DNA of 64,000 nt from Candidatus Thermofontivivens primus (GTDB lineage: Bacteria; Sysuimicrobiota; Sysuimicrobiia; Sysuimicrobiales; Thermofontiviventaceae): the NCBI GenBank assembly GCA_031458695.1, contig JAVKJW010000008.1, positions 21,100 to 85,099 of the forward strand, written 5' to 3'. Every line of letters starts with the position of its first letter. Positions within the stretch are counted from its first letter, which is position 1. Shown here in pieces: positions 8,413 through 17,372 of the stretch. The position numbers were made by a program, and so were the translations under genes. Below the pieces are notes generated by a model. That model saw nothing but the letters and a program-made list of their open reading frames with translations, did no database searches and had not been told where the DNA came from.

Positions 8413-10799
8413 CGCGGAGATTTCGCCTCCTTGCTCCTCTCTCGTGCCGTCCGGATGATCTCCAGGAGCCGGTTTGGGCTCAGGGGCATCTCGGTGATCC
8501 GCACGCTGAACTCGGCAAGGGCGTCGTCGATCGCCGAGGCAAACACCGCCGGAACAGGGATGGTACCCGCCTCCCCCGCTCCCTTCACCCCGAGGGGGTT
8601 GAGGGGGGAAGGAGTCTCCACGTGGGCGATCTCGACCTCGGGGACCTCCATCGCTGTAGGGAGCAGGTAGTCCATGAACGTGCGCGTGAGAAGCTGCCCG
8701 TTTTCGTCGTAGACGAGCTTCTCGTAGAAGGCGTTGCCGATGCCCTGGGCGACCCCGCCCCGGATTTGCCCATCCAGGATCATGGGGTTGATGATGCGAC
8801 CGCAATCGTGCACGACGACATACTTGAGGATGTTGATCATCCCGGTGTGGATATCCACCTCAAGGATAGCCGCGTGGACACCGTTGGAGAACGTCCCTCG
8901 GGGCGGGGCGAAGTACCGGGTTGCCTCTAGCCCTGGTTGCTCCCACTCCTCAGGGATGGTTCCGCGGAGGGGGTTGGCGGCTACGGCGATCTCGCCGAGA
9001 GAGAGGGACCTTCCAGGCACGCCGCGGACGAACACACGGCCATCCCGCAGTTCCAGGTCCTCGACGCGGGCCTCCAGCAGAGTAGCGGCGACGCGCAGGG
9101 CCTTCTCTCGGACGGCCTGCGCGGCAAGTGCGACCGCGTTGCCGGCAACCACGGCGGCTCGGCTGGCAAAGGTTCCAGTCCCCCAGCTGAATGCCCCGCT
9201 GTCTCCCGTGGTGATGGTGACATCCTCTACTGGCACGCTGAGGATGTCGGCGATGATCTGAGCGAAGGAGGTGAAGTGTCCCTGCCCCTGAGTGCCCACG
9301 CTAGTCGCTGCGTACACCTTCCCAGAGGGTTCCACCGTCACCCGGCACCCCTCGTACGGGCCGATCCCGGAGCCTTCCACGTAGCAGGCCAGGCCAAGCC
9401 CAACATACCTCCCCTCGCGCCGGTAGCGTTCACGCTCAGAGGGCCAACGATCGTATCCGATCATCTCCAGGGCCTTTTCCAAGCACGCCGGGTAATTCCC
9501 GCTATCGTAGATCAGTGGTGCATTGTCCTGATAGATCAGGCCGACGTCGTAGGGGAACTCGTCTGGCTGGATGAAGTTCCTGCGGCGGACTTCTGCCCGA
9601 TCCAGGTTCAGCTCTCTGGCGACCCGGTCCATCAACCGCTCCATCACGAACACTCCGTGGGGCCTTCCAGCACCACGGTATGGGCTCACAATGGTCTTAT
9701 TCGTGAACACCGCACGGAACTCGCAGTGGTAGTTGGGAATCTTGTAGGGTCCTGGAAGAGTCGTGCTGGCCACGATGGGGACGATGAGGCCATAAGGGAT
9801 GTAGGCACCGGCGTCATAAAGGAAGACGGTCTTGACGCCCAGGATGCGTCCCTCCTTGTCCACGGCGATGGATGCTTCATGGATTTGCTCGCGCTCCTGG
9901 TTCATGGCCACGAAGTTCTCCAGGCGATCCTCGATCCACTTCACCGGCCGCTCCAGTTGCATTGCCGCGAATGGGACCACAACCTCCTCAGGGTAGAACA
10001 TCATGATCTTTGGTCCAAAGCCACCCCCGATATCCGGTGCAATCACCCGCACGCTCGACTGGGGGAGCCCGAAGAGCCTGGCAAGCCCATTGCGGATGGG
10101 GATCGGCGCCTGGGTGGAGTCCCACACTGTGAGCTGGCGCATCTTAGGCTCCCACTGGGCCACAACGCCGCGACACTCCATAGGTGCAGCAGTACCACGA
10201 TCGATCACGAACCGCTCGGTAAAGACATATGCTGCCTTCGCGAAGGCCTCCTCCACGTTCCCGACCCGCTGGGTGTAGTGTGCGCAGACATTCGTCCCGG
10301 CATCCTCGTGCACGAGAGGGGCATCGGGCTGGATCGCTTGCTCGAGATCCACCACGGGCGGGAGGGGATCGTATTCCACCTCGATGAGCTCGAGAGCATC
10401 CTCGGCGACATAGCGATTCTCGGCAATCACAACAGCAATAGGCTCGCCGACGTGGCGGACCTTATCAGGCGCGAGCGCGTACTGGGTCTTGTGGTGGATA
10501 AGGGCAGGGTGGGGAATCAGCTTAGGGAGTGGCTCCTGTAACGCAGGGGGAAGGTCGGCATGGGTGTACACTGCGACAACCCCTGGGAGAGCTCGCGCCT
10601 TCTCCGTTCGGATCGAGAGGATGCGAGCATGTGCGAATGGGCTGCGCAAGAAGGCAGCGTGCAGGAGGCCAGGGGGTCGGATATCATCGACGAAGGTCCC
10701 ACGGCCTGTGAGGAGGCGGGGGTCTTCGTTCCGTTTGATGGGTTCACCAAAGTACCTCGTCACCATACTCTCACGACTCTCCCCGGGACGTTCGTTCAT
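8409..10799 (-). CDS. Xanthine-oxidase family molybdopterin large subunit (form II CoxL-like)
   Basis: GGGFGPK, PYRGAGR, QGQGHFT and KGAGEAG motifs. Confidence 0.92.
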   Translation of the reverse strand: MNERPGESRESMVTRYFGEPIKRNEDPRLLTGRGTFVDDIRPPGLLHAAFLRSPFAHARILSIRTEKARALPGVVAVYTHADLPPALQEPLPKLIPHPALIHHKTQYALAPDKVRHVGEPIAVVIAENRYVAEDALELIEVEYDPLPPVVDLEQAIQPDAPLVHEDAGTNVCAHYTQRVGNVEEAFAKAAYVFTERFVIDRGTAAPMECRGVVAQWEPKMRQLTVWDSTQAPIPIRNGLARLFGLPQSSVRVIAPDIGGGFGPKIMMFYPEEVVVPFAAMQLERPVKWIEDRLENFVAMNQEREQIHEASIAVDKEGRILGVKTVFLYDAGAYIPYGLIVPIVASTTLPGPYKIPNYHCEFRAVFTNKTIVSPYRGAGRPHGVFVMERLMDRVARELNLDRAEVRRRNFIQPDEFPYDVGLIYQDNAPLIYDSGNYPACLEKALEMIGYDRWPSERERYRREGRYVGLGLACYVEGSGIGPYEGCRVTVEPSGKVYAATSVGTQGQGHFTSFAQIIADILSVPVEDVTITTGDSGAFSWGTGTFASRAAVVAGNAVALAAQAVREKALRVAATLLEARVEDLELRDGRVFVRGVPGRSLSLGEIAVAANPLRGTIPEEWEQPGLEATRYFAPPRGTFSNGVHAAILEVDIHTGMINILKYVVVHDCGRIINPMILDGQIRGGVAQGIGNAFYEKLVYDENGQLLTRTFMDYLLPTAMEVPEVEIAHVETPSPLNPLGVKGAGEAGTIPVPAVFASAIDDALAEFSVRITEMPLSPNRLLEIIRTARERSKEAKSPR

Positions 10800-10837
10800 T
10801 CAGGTATCCTGCTCCTGCGTGTTTAGCCATGGTGCGT

Positions 10838-12208
10838 TCACCGTTTGAGATTCTCCTCAGGAGGCCGGAGTTCCCGCCATGGGTTGACCCGCTCGTACGC
10901 AGCTGCAGCTCGGAGGAGGGTGACCTCGTCCAGGGGACGGGCGACGAGCTGGATGCCGAGGGGGAGGCCACTGGGCGAGAGGCCAGCTGGGACCGTCATC
11001 GCCGGGAAGCCAAGAAAGGTAAATGGGAGGTTGAAGATCGGATCCCCGGTGGACGCGAGTCCTTCCGGTGCAGGTCCCGGGGTCGTAGGCGTCACCAAGA
11101 GGTCGACCTCCGCGAAGAGCCCCTTCATGGCCTGGATGCATGCAGTGCGAGTCTCACGAGCTCGGAGATAGGAGACTGCAGGAATCCGGAGGCCCTCCTC
11201 GATCATCGCGCGGATCTTGGGGCCATACTCGTCGGAGCGGTCCCGGAACCACCTCTGGTGGAAGGCTGCTGCCTCGGCGTACATGATGGTCCGGTGGGCC
11301 TCTAGGCAATCGTCAAACTCAGGGGGGAGGTGGATCTCACGCACCTCCATCCCCGCTTCCTCAAGGAGCGGGAGGGCACGGCGGTAAGCGCTCACCATCT
11401 CCGGGGTGGATCGCTCAAGGAAGAACCGGTCTGGAACCCCTACACGCAGACCAGAGGCAGGCCTCTCGCACGCTGAAACGCATCCTTCCAGCGTCTCCTC
11501 AAGGCAGGTCGTATCGTAGCCATCAGGGCCAGCTGTGGCCTCCAGGAGGATTGCGACATCCTGAACGGTTCTCCCCATGGGGCCTGGGTGGTCAAGAGTC
11601 CAGCTCACAGGAACCACTCCGTGCCGGCTGATCCTTCCATACGAGGGTTTGAGACCAACGATGCCGCAGAAGGCAGCTGGGCGAAGGATCGAGCCTGCCG
11701 TCTGGGTTCCAAAAGCACCTGGGCACATGCGCGCGGCCACGGCCGCCGCCGACCCGCTACTCGAACCCCCAGGAGTATGGCGAAGGTTCCAAGGATTACG
11801 GGTCGGGCCAGGGTCAAAGGTGGCGAATTCAGTCGTGACAGTTTTCCCGAGGATAATCGCCCCTTTGGACTTCAGCCGGGCGACGACGGTAGCATCAAAA
11901 GCGGGAAGAAATCCTGCAAGGATGCGAGAGCCAGCGGAAGTTTCCCATCCTGCTGTATAGAAGATGTCCTTCACGCCGATGGGCACGCCATGCAAAGGGC
12001 CCAGGGGCCCCTCGCGGGCAAGACGGCGGTCCAGCTCCTCGGCCTCGACCAAGGCCTCTTCGGGTCGCAGACGTGCCCATGCCTGGATCTGCGGCTCAAG
12101 CCTCTCGATCCTGTCCAGCAACGAGCGGACGAGATCCCGGGAGGAGAGTTGCCGCGAAGCAATGGCCTTTGCCGCCTCGTGAAGGGACAGGTCCCATGGA
12201 TCACGCAT
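10838..12208 (-). CDS. Amidase-signature family enzyme
   Basis: IGVKD, GGSSSGSAAAVA and GTQTAGS; ATG 12208 with RBS. Confidence 0.92.
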   Translation of the reverse strand: MRDPWDLSLHEAAKAIASRQLSSRDLVRSLLDRIERLEPQIQAWARLRPEEALVEAEELDRRLAREGPLGPLHGVPIGVKDIFYTAGWETSAGSRILAGFLPAFDATVVARLKSKGAIILGKTVTTEFATFDPGPTRNPWNLRHTPGGSSSGSAAAVAARMCPGAFGTQTAGSILRPAAFCGIVGLKPSYGRISRHGVVPVSWTLDHPGPMGRTVQDVAILLEATAGPDGYDTTCLEETLEGCVSACERPASGLRVGVPDRFFLERSTPEMVSAYRRALPLLEEAGMEVREIHLPPEFDDCLEAHRTIMYAEAAAFHQRWFRDRSDEYGPKIRAMIEEGLRIPAVSYLRARETRTACIQAMKGLFAEVDLLVTPTTPGPAPEGLASTGDPIFNLPFTFLGFPAMTVPAGLSPSGLPLGIQLVARPLDEVTLLRAAAAYERVNPWRELRPPEENLKR

Positions 12209-12429
12209 CGGCTTCCTCTCCGATCGTTTGATGGATCTATTCATTCCCCATCGAGATCCCTGTTTCCTCTTCACCCCTCCCACAAGATCGTCTCCTTCGA
12301 ACTTCCTAGGTCTCTCAAGTTGAAGCCCGATGTTTACTCCCGTACACACCTGAGGTACGAATCGATTCTCTGCTCGATTCCATTGTGTGTGTTGGGATCC
12401 TACCATAAGGAGGGTGGAGGTGGAGAGAG

Positions 12430-12660
12430 ATGCAATGGGTGCGCAGGATCGCTCAGGAGCTAGGAGCAATGGGTGGCGCGTTCGCACGGATCCCGGAGTA
12501 CACAGAGACGGCGGAGCGTCTGTACCTCCTGCTCCGCAACCGCACCGCGATCTCTCGGGACGGTTCGATCGTCTCTCCCCTTCTGGGAGCACATAGGCAA
12601 ACGCCAGACGAGACTGGCTTCGAGGTGTTCCCCATCCCCTCCCTTTCCCGATCGCGCTGA
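12430..12660 (+). CDS. Possible small hypothetical protein (76 aa)
   Basis: Strong GGAGGTGG RBS before the ATG; no recognisable motif. Confidence 0.35.
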   Translation: MQWVRRIAQELGAMGGAFARIPEYTETAERLYLLLRNRTAISRDGSIVSPLLGAHRQTPDETGFEVFPIPSLSRSR

Positions 12661-12796
12661 TTCTTCACCAACGCCTCAGGGAAACCTGGGAAGCACCCTG
12701 CGTGCAGGAAGTCTTCCCTGCCACACAGAAGAACACGAGGGAACCTTGTTCCCTCAAGAACGGGAGCGTACACAGCACTCGCGCCATGAGGTGACC

Positions 12797-13303
12797 ATGA
12801 CACCGGTTCGAAGACTCGTTCTGTCAGCGTTGTTTGCAGCAGTGCCGGTGATCCTTTCGTTCGTGCCTGGTTCGATCCCGGTAGCCGGGGCGAAGTTGCT
12901 GCCCTGGCAGCACATGACGAATGTCATCGCAGGGGTTGTAGTAGGTCCGTGGTATGCGGCGCTGGCGGCGACGGCCGCGGCAATTCTCCGGAATGTGTTG
13001 GGGGTAGGGACGCTGCTCGCCTTTCCTGGAGGGATCCCCGGGGCAATTGTCGTTGGGCTGGCCTACCGGATCTGGCGGAGTGAATGGGTCGGACTCCTGG
13101 AGCCCGTTGGGACCGGCCCCATTGGGGCAACGGTTGGATCGCTCTTGGTCGCCCCGGCGCTCATGGGTACGGCGATCCCGCTGGGGACCCTCCTTCCTCT
13201 CTTCCTGGCCAGCAGCGTCCCCGGCTCGCTCTTCGGCGTGGTGGTCCTGAAGGCATTGGCCCGCCTTGGTTTCAGTCCTGCTCGCCTCCCTGGAGGGTCC
13301 TGA
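12797..13303 (+). CDS. thiW: ECF transporter S component ThiW (thiazole)
   Basis: PWQHMTNVIAGV, LLAFPGG and EPVGTG motifs; next to thiM. Confidence 0.88.
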   Translation: MTPVRRLVLSALFAAVPVILSFVPGSIPVAGAKLLPWQHMTNVIAGVVVGPWYAALAATAAAILRNVLGVGTLLAFPGGIPGAIVVGLAYRIWRSEWVGLLEPVGTGPIGATVGSLLVAPALMGTAIPLGTLLPLFLASSVPGSLFGVVVLKALARLGFSPARLPGGS

Positions 13304-13308
13304 AGGAC

Positions 13309-14145
13309 ATGCTCTTGGCAGCCCAGGCTGGTAGCCTCCTTACGCGTATCCGCGAAACTCGCCCTTTGGTCCACCACCTTACGAACTTCGTCGCGATGAA
13401 TGACGTAGCGAACGTCACCCTTGCCACTGGTGCGCTCCCGATCATGGCCCATGCTCCCGAGGAGATGGAAGAGGTCGTTTCTGCTGCCTCCGTCCTTGTA
13501 CTCAACCTAGGCACATGGACGCAGGAGAGATGGGACGTGATGCTTCTTGCGGCACGCATCGCCAACAGGCGTGGGATCCCGGTTGTCCTGGATCCCGTGG
13601 GCGCGGGGGCCTCTCGAGTTCGTACGGAGAGTGCACTCAAGCTCCTCCGCGAGAAGCGTGTCACCGTGGTAAGAGGCAATCGGGGAGAGATCGCCTACCT
13701 CACGGGGGCGCTCGCGAGCGTCAGGGGGGTGGAGTCCCTGGGGTCGGACGTCCCTCCCCAGGATTTGGCCCAAACCCTGGCCCGGGAACATGGGTGCATT
13801 GTTGCGGTTACGGGCCCGCGCGACTGGATCAGCGATGGGAAACGCCTCCTCGCCGTGGACAACGGGCACCCCCTCCTCCAGAGAATCACCGGTTCCGGGT
13901 GTATGGCCACGGCGGCCATCGGCTGTTTTCTCGCTGTCCCCGGAGATCCTCTCATCGGCACCGCCGCAGCCCTGGCCTATTTCGGGTACGCTGCCGAGCT
14001 GGCAGCGAGGGATTCCAAAGGGCCAGGGAGTTTCCGGGTATCTCTGCTTGACCACCTTGCCTTGCTCGATGCAGCTTCTCTGGAGGCAGGGGCGCGGATC
14101 CTGGAGGATTTCGATCCTGGTGGAGGGCCTCAGGGATCCGGGTGA
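13309..14145 (+). CDS. thiM: Hydroxyethylthiazole kinase
   Basis: PLVHHLTNFV, VLDPVGAG, ITGSGC and GPGSF motifs. Confidence 0.95.
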   Translation: MLLAAQAGSLLTRIRETRPLVHHLTNFVAMNDVANVTLATGALPIMAHAPEEMEEVVSAASVLVLNLGTWTQERWDVMLLAARIANRRGIPVVLDPVGAGASRVRTESALKLLREKRVTVVRGNRGEIAYLTGALASVRGVESLGSDVPPQDLAQTLAREHGCIVAVTGPRDWISDGKRLLAVDNGHPLLQRITGSGCMATAAIGCFLAVPGDPLIGTAAALAYFGYAAELAARDSKGPGSFRVSLLDHLALLDAASLEAGARILEDFDPGGGPQGSG

Positions 14146-16325
14146 GGAAAGCCCGCGAGGACGCCGAAGGGGGAGAGCAGCGTCTTCGCTGCTTCCAGGA
14201 CGAGCTCGCTGTATTTCTGCACATCGTAGCTCCAGCCGTCCTGCAGGAGAGCCCACGGCTTGGCCCGCTCCTCGGGAATCCTGCTGCGGAAGTCGGTGAT
14301 GACGTACTGTACGGCCTCTCCAGGGTGAAGCCGGACCCCGCGGCGGGCGAGCTGGCGGGCAGCGATGGCGAGGAGGGTTTCGTGGGTGTAGGACTCCGGG
14401 GGTTTGGAGAGCACCTGTTGGATGACGAGGTCCCTCAGCGTGACGTCGCCGTCTCGCAGCCGTGCCAAGAAGGTTTCCACCACAGCGACCACTTCAGGGA
14501 GCCGCTCTTGGAGTTCGTGAAGGGTGCTGGCGGAGGCCAGGACCTCCACCATGCGCTGTTGCGCCTCCCGCACAATGGGGGGGAGGTCCGAACGCCGGAG
14601 CTCAATCCCCCGCACTTTTACAGTCCCGTCCTCGAAGACGCCCACGAAGCGGTTAGGGACCCCCAGGCGACGACGGATCCTGGACGGGATGAAAGCGATC
14701 CAGCGATAACGACCCTCTAGGAGGATGGGAATCCCTGTGGCCTCTGTGATCTCCTGAACCAACGCCTCCACCTCCTCTGGGCAGCTGCCAGCCTTATGGA
14801 TCCAGAGGGAATCCACGATGGCATGGAGGAGGCGGAATCCCCGTGACTCGGCGAGTTCTTTCGCCCGCAGCAACAGCTCCCGGCTGTAGGCAGTAACGGC
14901 TTCGTGCGCCTCGATCCTTCCGAACCGGGCGTTCCGGTATCCGAGGTAACCGAAGCACGTCACAAGACACCACTTCAGGGCGTTCTGGCGGTGCTCGTAG
15001 ACTATCCGCTCCTCCCCTGGGGTCTGCCGCATGAGGTGCTTGTAGGCAAGACGTTTCTCAATCAGCGGCGCGAGCACCTGGGGGATCAATCCCTTCCTCC
15101 TCCGGCACACAGAGTACCCAATCTCCGGAACGCGGTGGTCTGGGCAACACGCGCATCCCAGCGTCTCGGGGGAGATGTTGAACCGCGCCATGATCATGGG
15201 GTACATCGAGGCAAAATCCAGCTCAAACACGTCCTCGTAGACGCCGATCGGAGGAAGGTAAACGAGCCCCCCTTTGTCCGTACGGAGGAGTTCGAGGGCC
15301 GACTTGAACTCCTCGGCCTGGCGTTTCCGCCAGGGGATGAGGATCCCCTGGCGGACCGCCGTGTCCAGCTGCATGGAGGTGATTGCCGTCCCTGTGGTGG
15401 TCCGCGCGAGGCGTTGTACTGGGATCTTTGCTAGGCGAGCGACCTCCACCAACCCTTCGAGGCCGCTCTCCCCCATCAGGAAAGAGTTCACAGTATCGAC
15501 GTGCAACCGCCCTCTGAAGAGTTGGGCTCCTGCACGATAGACCCACCGGCCGTACGTGTAAAAAGAGTACCCTCGCCGAGCTAAGGTCGTCCGCTCGCGG
15601 TTGAATGGAAGGGGAATCCCAGTCATCCGGCTGAGGCGCTCCAGCCGGGGGATGAGGAAGGAATCCCCCCACTCCGTCAGGATGATGTCGGGGTCGTACC
15701 GGGTGAACAGCGAGCGCAGGCTCTCCAGGAGATCTACGGGCCCGTCCCCATCGAGAACGATGGTCTGCCCCTCTATCGTTGCCTCCAGGAAACTCCTCCG
15801 GCCGTGGGGGGCGATGATCGGGTCTCCCTCCAGCCGGAGGTGAATCATGGTGAGGGGCGGAAGGTGGTAGGAGAGATCCCAGGGGGAGTCCTCCAGTGCA
15901 ATGGCTTGGACGGTTCCCTGTTCGTGCTCGATGGCGCAGCGGGCCAAGGGGAAGAGGCCGGACTCGTAAAAGTAGAGCTGCTCCAGAGGGATGTCCACGT
16001 TGAATAGCTCTATCCCTGGGATGTTTGCAACCAAGCGCACCATGGAAGGGAAGTGCGCAGGCGAAGTTGTCAGCTCGATCACAGGCCGCTCCCTTCCACT
16101 GAAGAAGTCGACCCTGCTGGTCGTGCGCAAAGTCACGGGGGCGCGGCATCGCTGGAGAACGGCCTCCACCTGGCGGCGTACCCTTGGAGGACCATCGGCA
16201 TAGCAACGGAGGGAGACAGGGTGGGTGAGGCGGAGGCGGCGGCCTTGCCCGTCTATGAGCCAGAGGACCATCCCTCTCTCCCCAGGGTAGGCGTCAAGGA
16301 TCCACGCGGTGATCTGCTCGCCCAC
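14130..16325 (-). CDS. B-family DNA polymerase, PolB2/G2-like
   Basis: Motif A DFASMYP; motif B KWCLVTCFGYLG; motif C HAIVDSLW in place of YGDTDS; degenerate exonuclease region; GTG start after GGAGAGG. Confidence 0.9.
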   Translation of the reverse strand: MGEQITAWILDAYPGERGMVLWLIDGQGRRLRLTHPVSLRCYADGPPRVRRQVEAVLQRCRAPVTLRTTSRVDFFSGRERPVIELTTSPAHFPSMVRLVANIPGIELFNVDIPLEQLYFYESGLFPLARCAIEHEQGTVQAIALEDSPWDLSYHLPPLTMIHLRLEGDPIIAPHGRRSFLEATIEGQTIVLDGDGPVDLLESLRSLFTRYDPDIILTEWGDSFLIPRLERLSRMTGIPLPFNRERTTLARRGYSFYTYGRWVYRAGAQLFRGRLHVDTVNSFLMGESGLEGLVEVARLAKIPVQRLARTTTGTAITSMQLDTAVRQGILIPWRKRQAEEFKSALELLRTDKGGLVYLPPIGVYEDVFELDFASMYPMIMARFNISPETLGCACCPDHRVPEIGYSVCRRRKGLIPQVLAPLIEKRLAYKHLMRQTPGEERIVYEHRQNALKWCLVTCFGYLGYRNARFGRIEAHEAVTAYSRELLLRAKELAESRGFRLLHAIVDSLWIHKAGSCPEEVEALVQEITEATGIPILLEGRYRWIAFIPSRIRRRLGVPNRFVGVFEDGTVKVRGIELRRSDLPPIVREAQQRMVEVLASASTLHELQERLPEVVAVVETFLARLRDGDVTLRDLVIQQVLSKPPESYTHETLLAIAARQLARRGVRLHPGEAVQYVITDFRSRIPEERAKPWALLQDGWSYDVQKYSELVLEAAKTLLSPFGVLAGFPHPDP

Positions 16326-16581
16326 GATTCCTCTCCAGGGAATCCAGCCTGCGTTCAAGAGATCGCACCCGCTTGAGTGTCTCGAGGAGCATGCAAACCA
16401 GCATCGTTTCGAAGGGAACTGGGTGGCTGGCATAGGCGGCTTCGGCAGAATGGTGCCGTGCTGCTTCAAACAGCTCATCCAGGACCTCCTGGTCCTCTCG
16501 CCGCAACGCCCTCCGGAACGGCATCCAGCGCTCGATCTCTTCCAGAACGAGGTTGGTCATGGTACGCAGCGTCCGTCCCAT
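16294..16581 (-). CDS. Small helical PolB2-associated protein (PPB2/arCOG07300-like)
   Basis: MGRT...FRRALRREDQEVLDELFEAARHH pattern; GAGGTG RBS; overlaps the polB start. Confidence 0.8.
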   Translation of the reverse strand: MGRTLRTMTNLVLEEIERWMPFRRALRREDQEVLDELFEAARHHSAEAAYASHPVPFETMLVCMLLETLKRVRSLERRLDSLERNRGRADHRVDP

Positions 16582-16587
16582 CGCACC

Positions 16588-17235
16588 TCACTCCTTTCCT
16601 CTTTGGGAGTACCCCCAGACGAATCTCTTCGAGATCCTGCTGGCGTGGTTAGGATGTTCCTGGAGCACGAGGTAAGAACCATCGCCTGTTGCCTGAATAC
16701 GCAAAATCCAAGAGGCCAGGCGGCGCAGCAATGGGAACAAGTGGGCCTCCCGGGATCGTTCCACGGGGCTCGGGCAGGCGACGAGAAGATGGCATCGGCG
16801 TTTGACCAGGCGCTGGAAAGTCCAGAGAATCCCTCTGAAGATACGATGTGCCTCCGGGTTGGGCACAGCTTCGTCCCCGAACAGGTCCAGGAGGCCGAGG
16901 AGGAGGACTGGGCTGGCCTCCCCACAGAGGGCAGGGAGGCGTTTGGTGATTAGGACCTCAAGCTGGTGTACGGTGAAAGCCCTGGCGATGCTGACGCGAG
17001 CCAACCATCGTTCAGGGATCTCCCCCGCTGCCCTCGCCGCGTCGGAGATGATGTAGGGATCAAAGGCGTTCCCAGCGTCCACGACGATCAGGTGAGAAGC
17101 TCGTCCTTGTCCTGGTTGCCTTCTCTCGAGGAATGTGCGGGCGGTAGTCCACATGGCAACGGTCATGCATGTGTGGTCCCCGCAAAAGAGGACCAGTTCA
17201 CCATAGCTGAGAGGAAAAAGGTCTAGAAAGTTCAT
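16588..17235 (-). CDS. Inactivated RadA/RecA-like protein (iRadA)
   Basis: VVDAGNAFDPY and ARAFTVHQL; Walker A degenerate (no GKT/S); first gene of the polB operon. Confidence 0.75.
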   Translation of the reverse strand: MNFLDLFPLSYGELVLFCGDHTCMTVAMWTTARTFLERRQPGQGRASHLIVVDAGNAFDPYIISDAARAAGEIPERWLARVSIARAFTVHQLEVLITKRLPALCGEASPVLLLGLLDLFGDEAVPNPEAHRIFRGILWTFQRLVKRRCHLLVACPSPVERSREAHLFPLLRRLASWILRIQATGDGSYLVLQEHPNHASRISKRFVWGYSQRGKE

Positions 17236-17256
17236 AGGCGCACCCGGTCTGAGGTT

Positions 17257-17285
17257 ATTATATCGAACTTATGTTCGCATGTCAA
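17257..17285 (-). promoter_or_regulatory. Consensus sigma70 promoter of the iRadA-PPB2-polB operon
   Basis: Minus strand TTGACA (17285-17280), 17-bp spacer, TATAAT (17262-17257). Confidence 0.88.
17264..17277. promoter_or_regulatory. LexA (SOS) box, CGAAC-N4-GTTCG type
   Basis: CGAACTTATGTTCG lies entirely in the -35/-10 spacer. Confidence 0.88.
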
Positions 17286-17372
17286 CTTCCCTCATGGAGT
17301 GAGGAAGAACCTGGCGTATTGACGTCCTCTGGTGCGCGGTGCTACCAATAAACACGGGTGCGATAGGGGGAA

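Noticed and set aside
4709..10541. Long antisense ORFs (e.g. 4709-6001, 8937-10541; similar ones throughout the window)
   Set aside because: Shadows of high-GC coding strands with no family motifs
8409..10799. True aerobic CO dehydrogenase (form I)
   Set aside because: The active-site loop is PYRGAGR rather than AYRCSFR, the gene order is L-M-S, and no coxDEFG are present
12590..12640. c-di-GMP or TPP riboswitch near GGCAAAC
   Set aside because: Only a short motif matches; I could not build the required stems
14130..14145. Convergent 16-nt thiM/polB overlap as a regulatory feature
   Set aside because: Short tail-to-tail overlaps are common and nothing else supports a function
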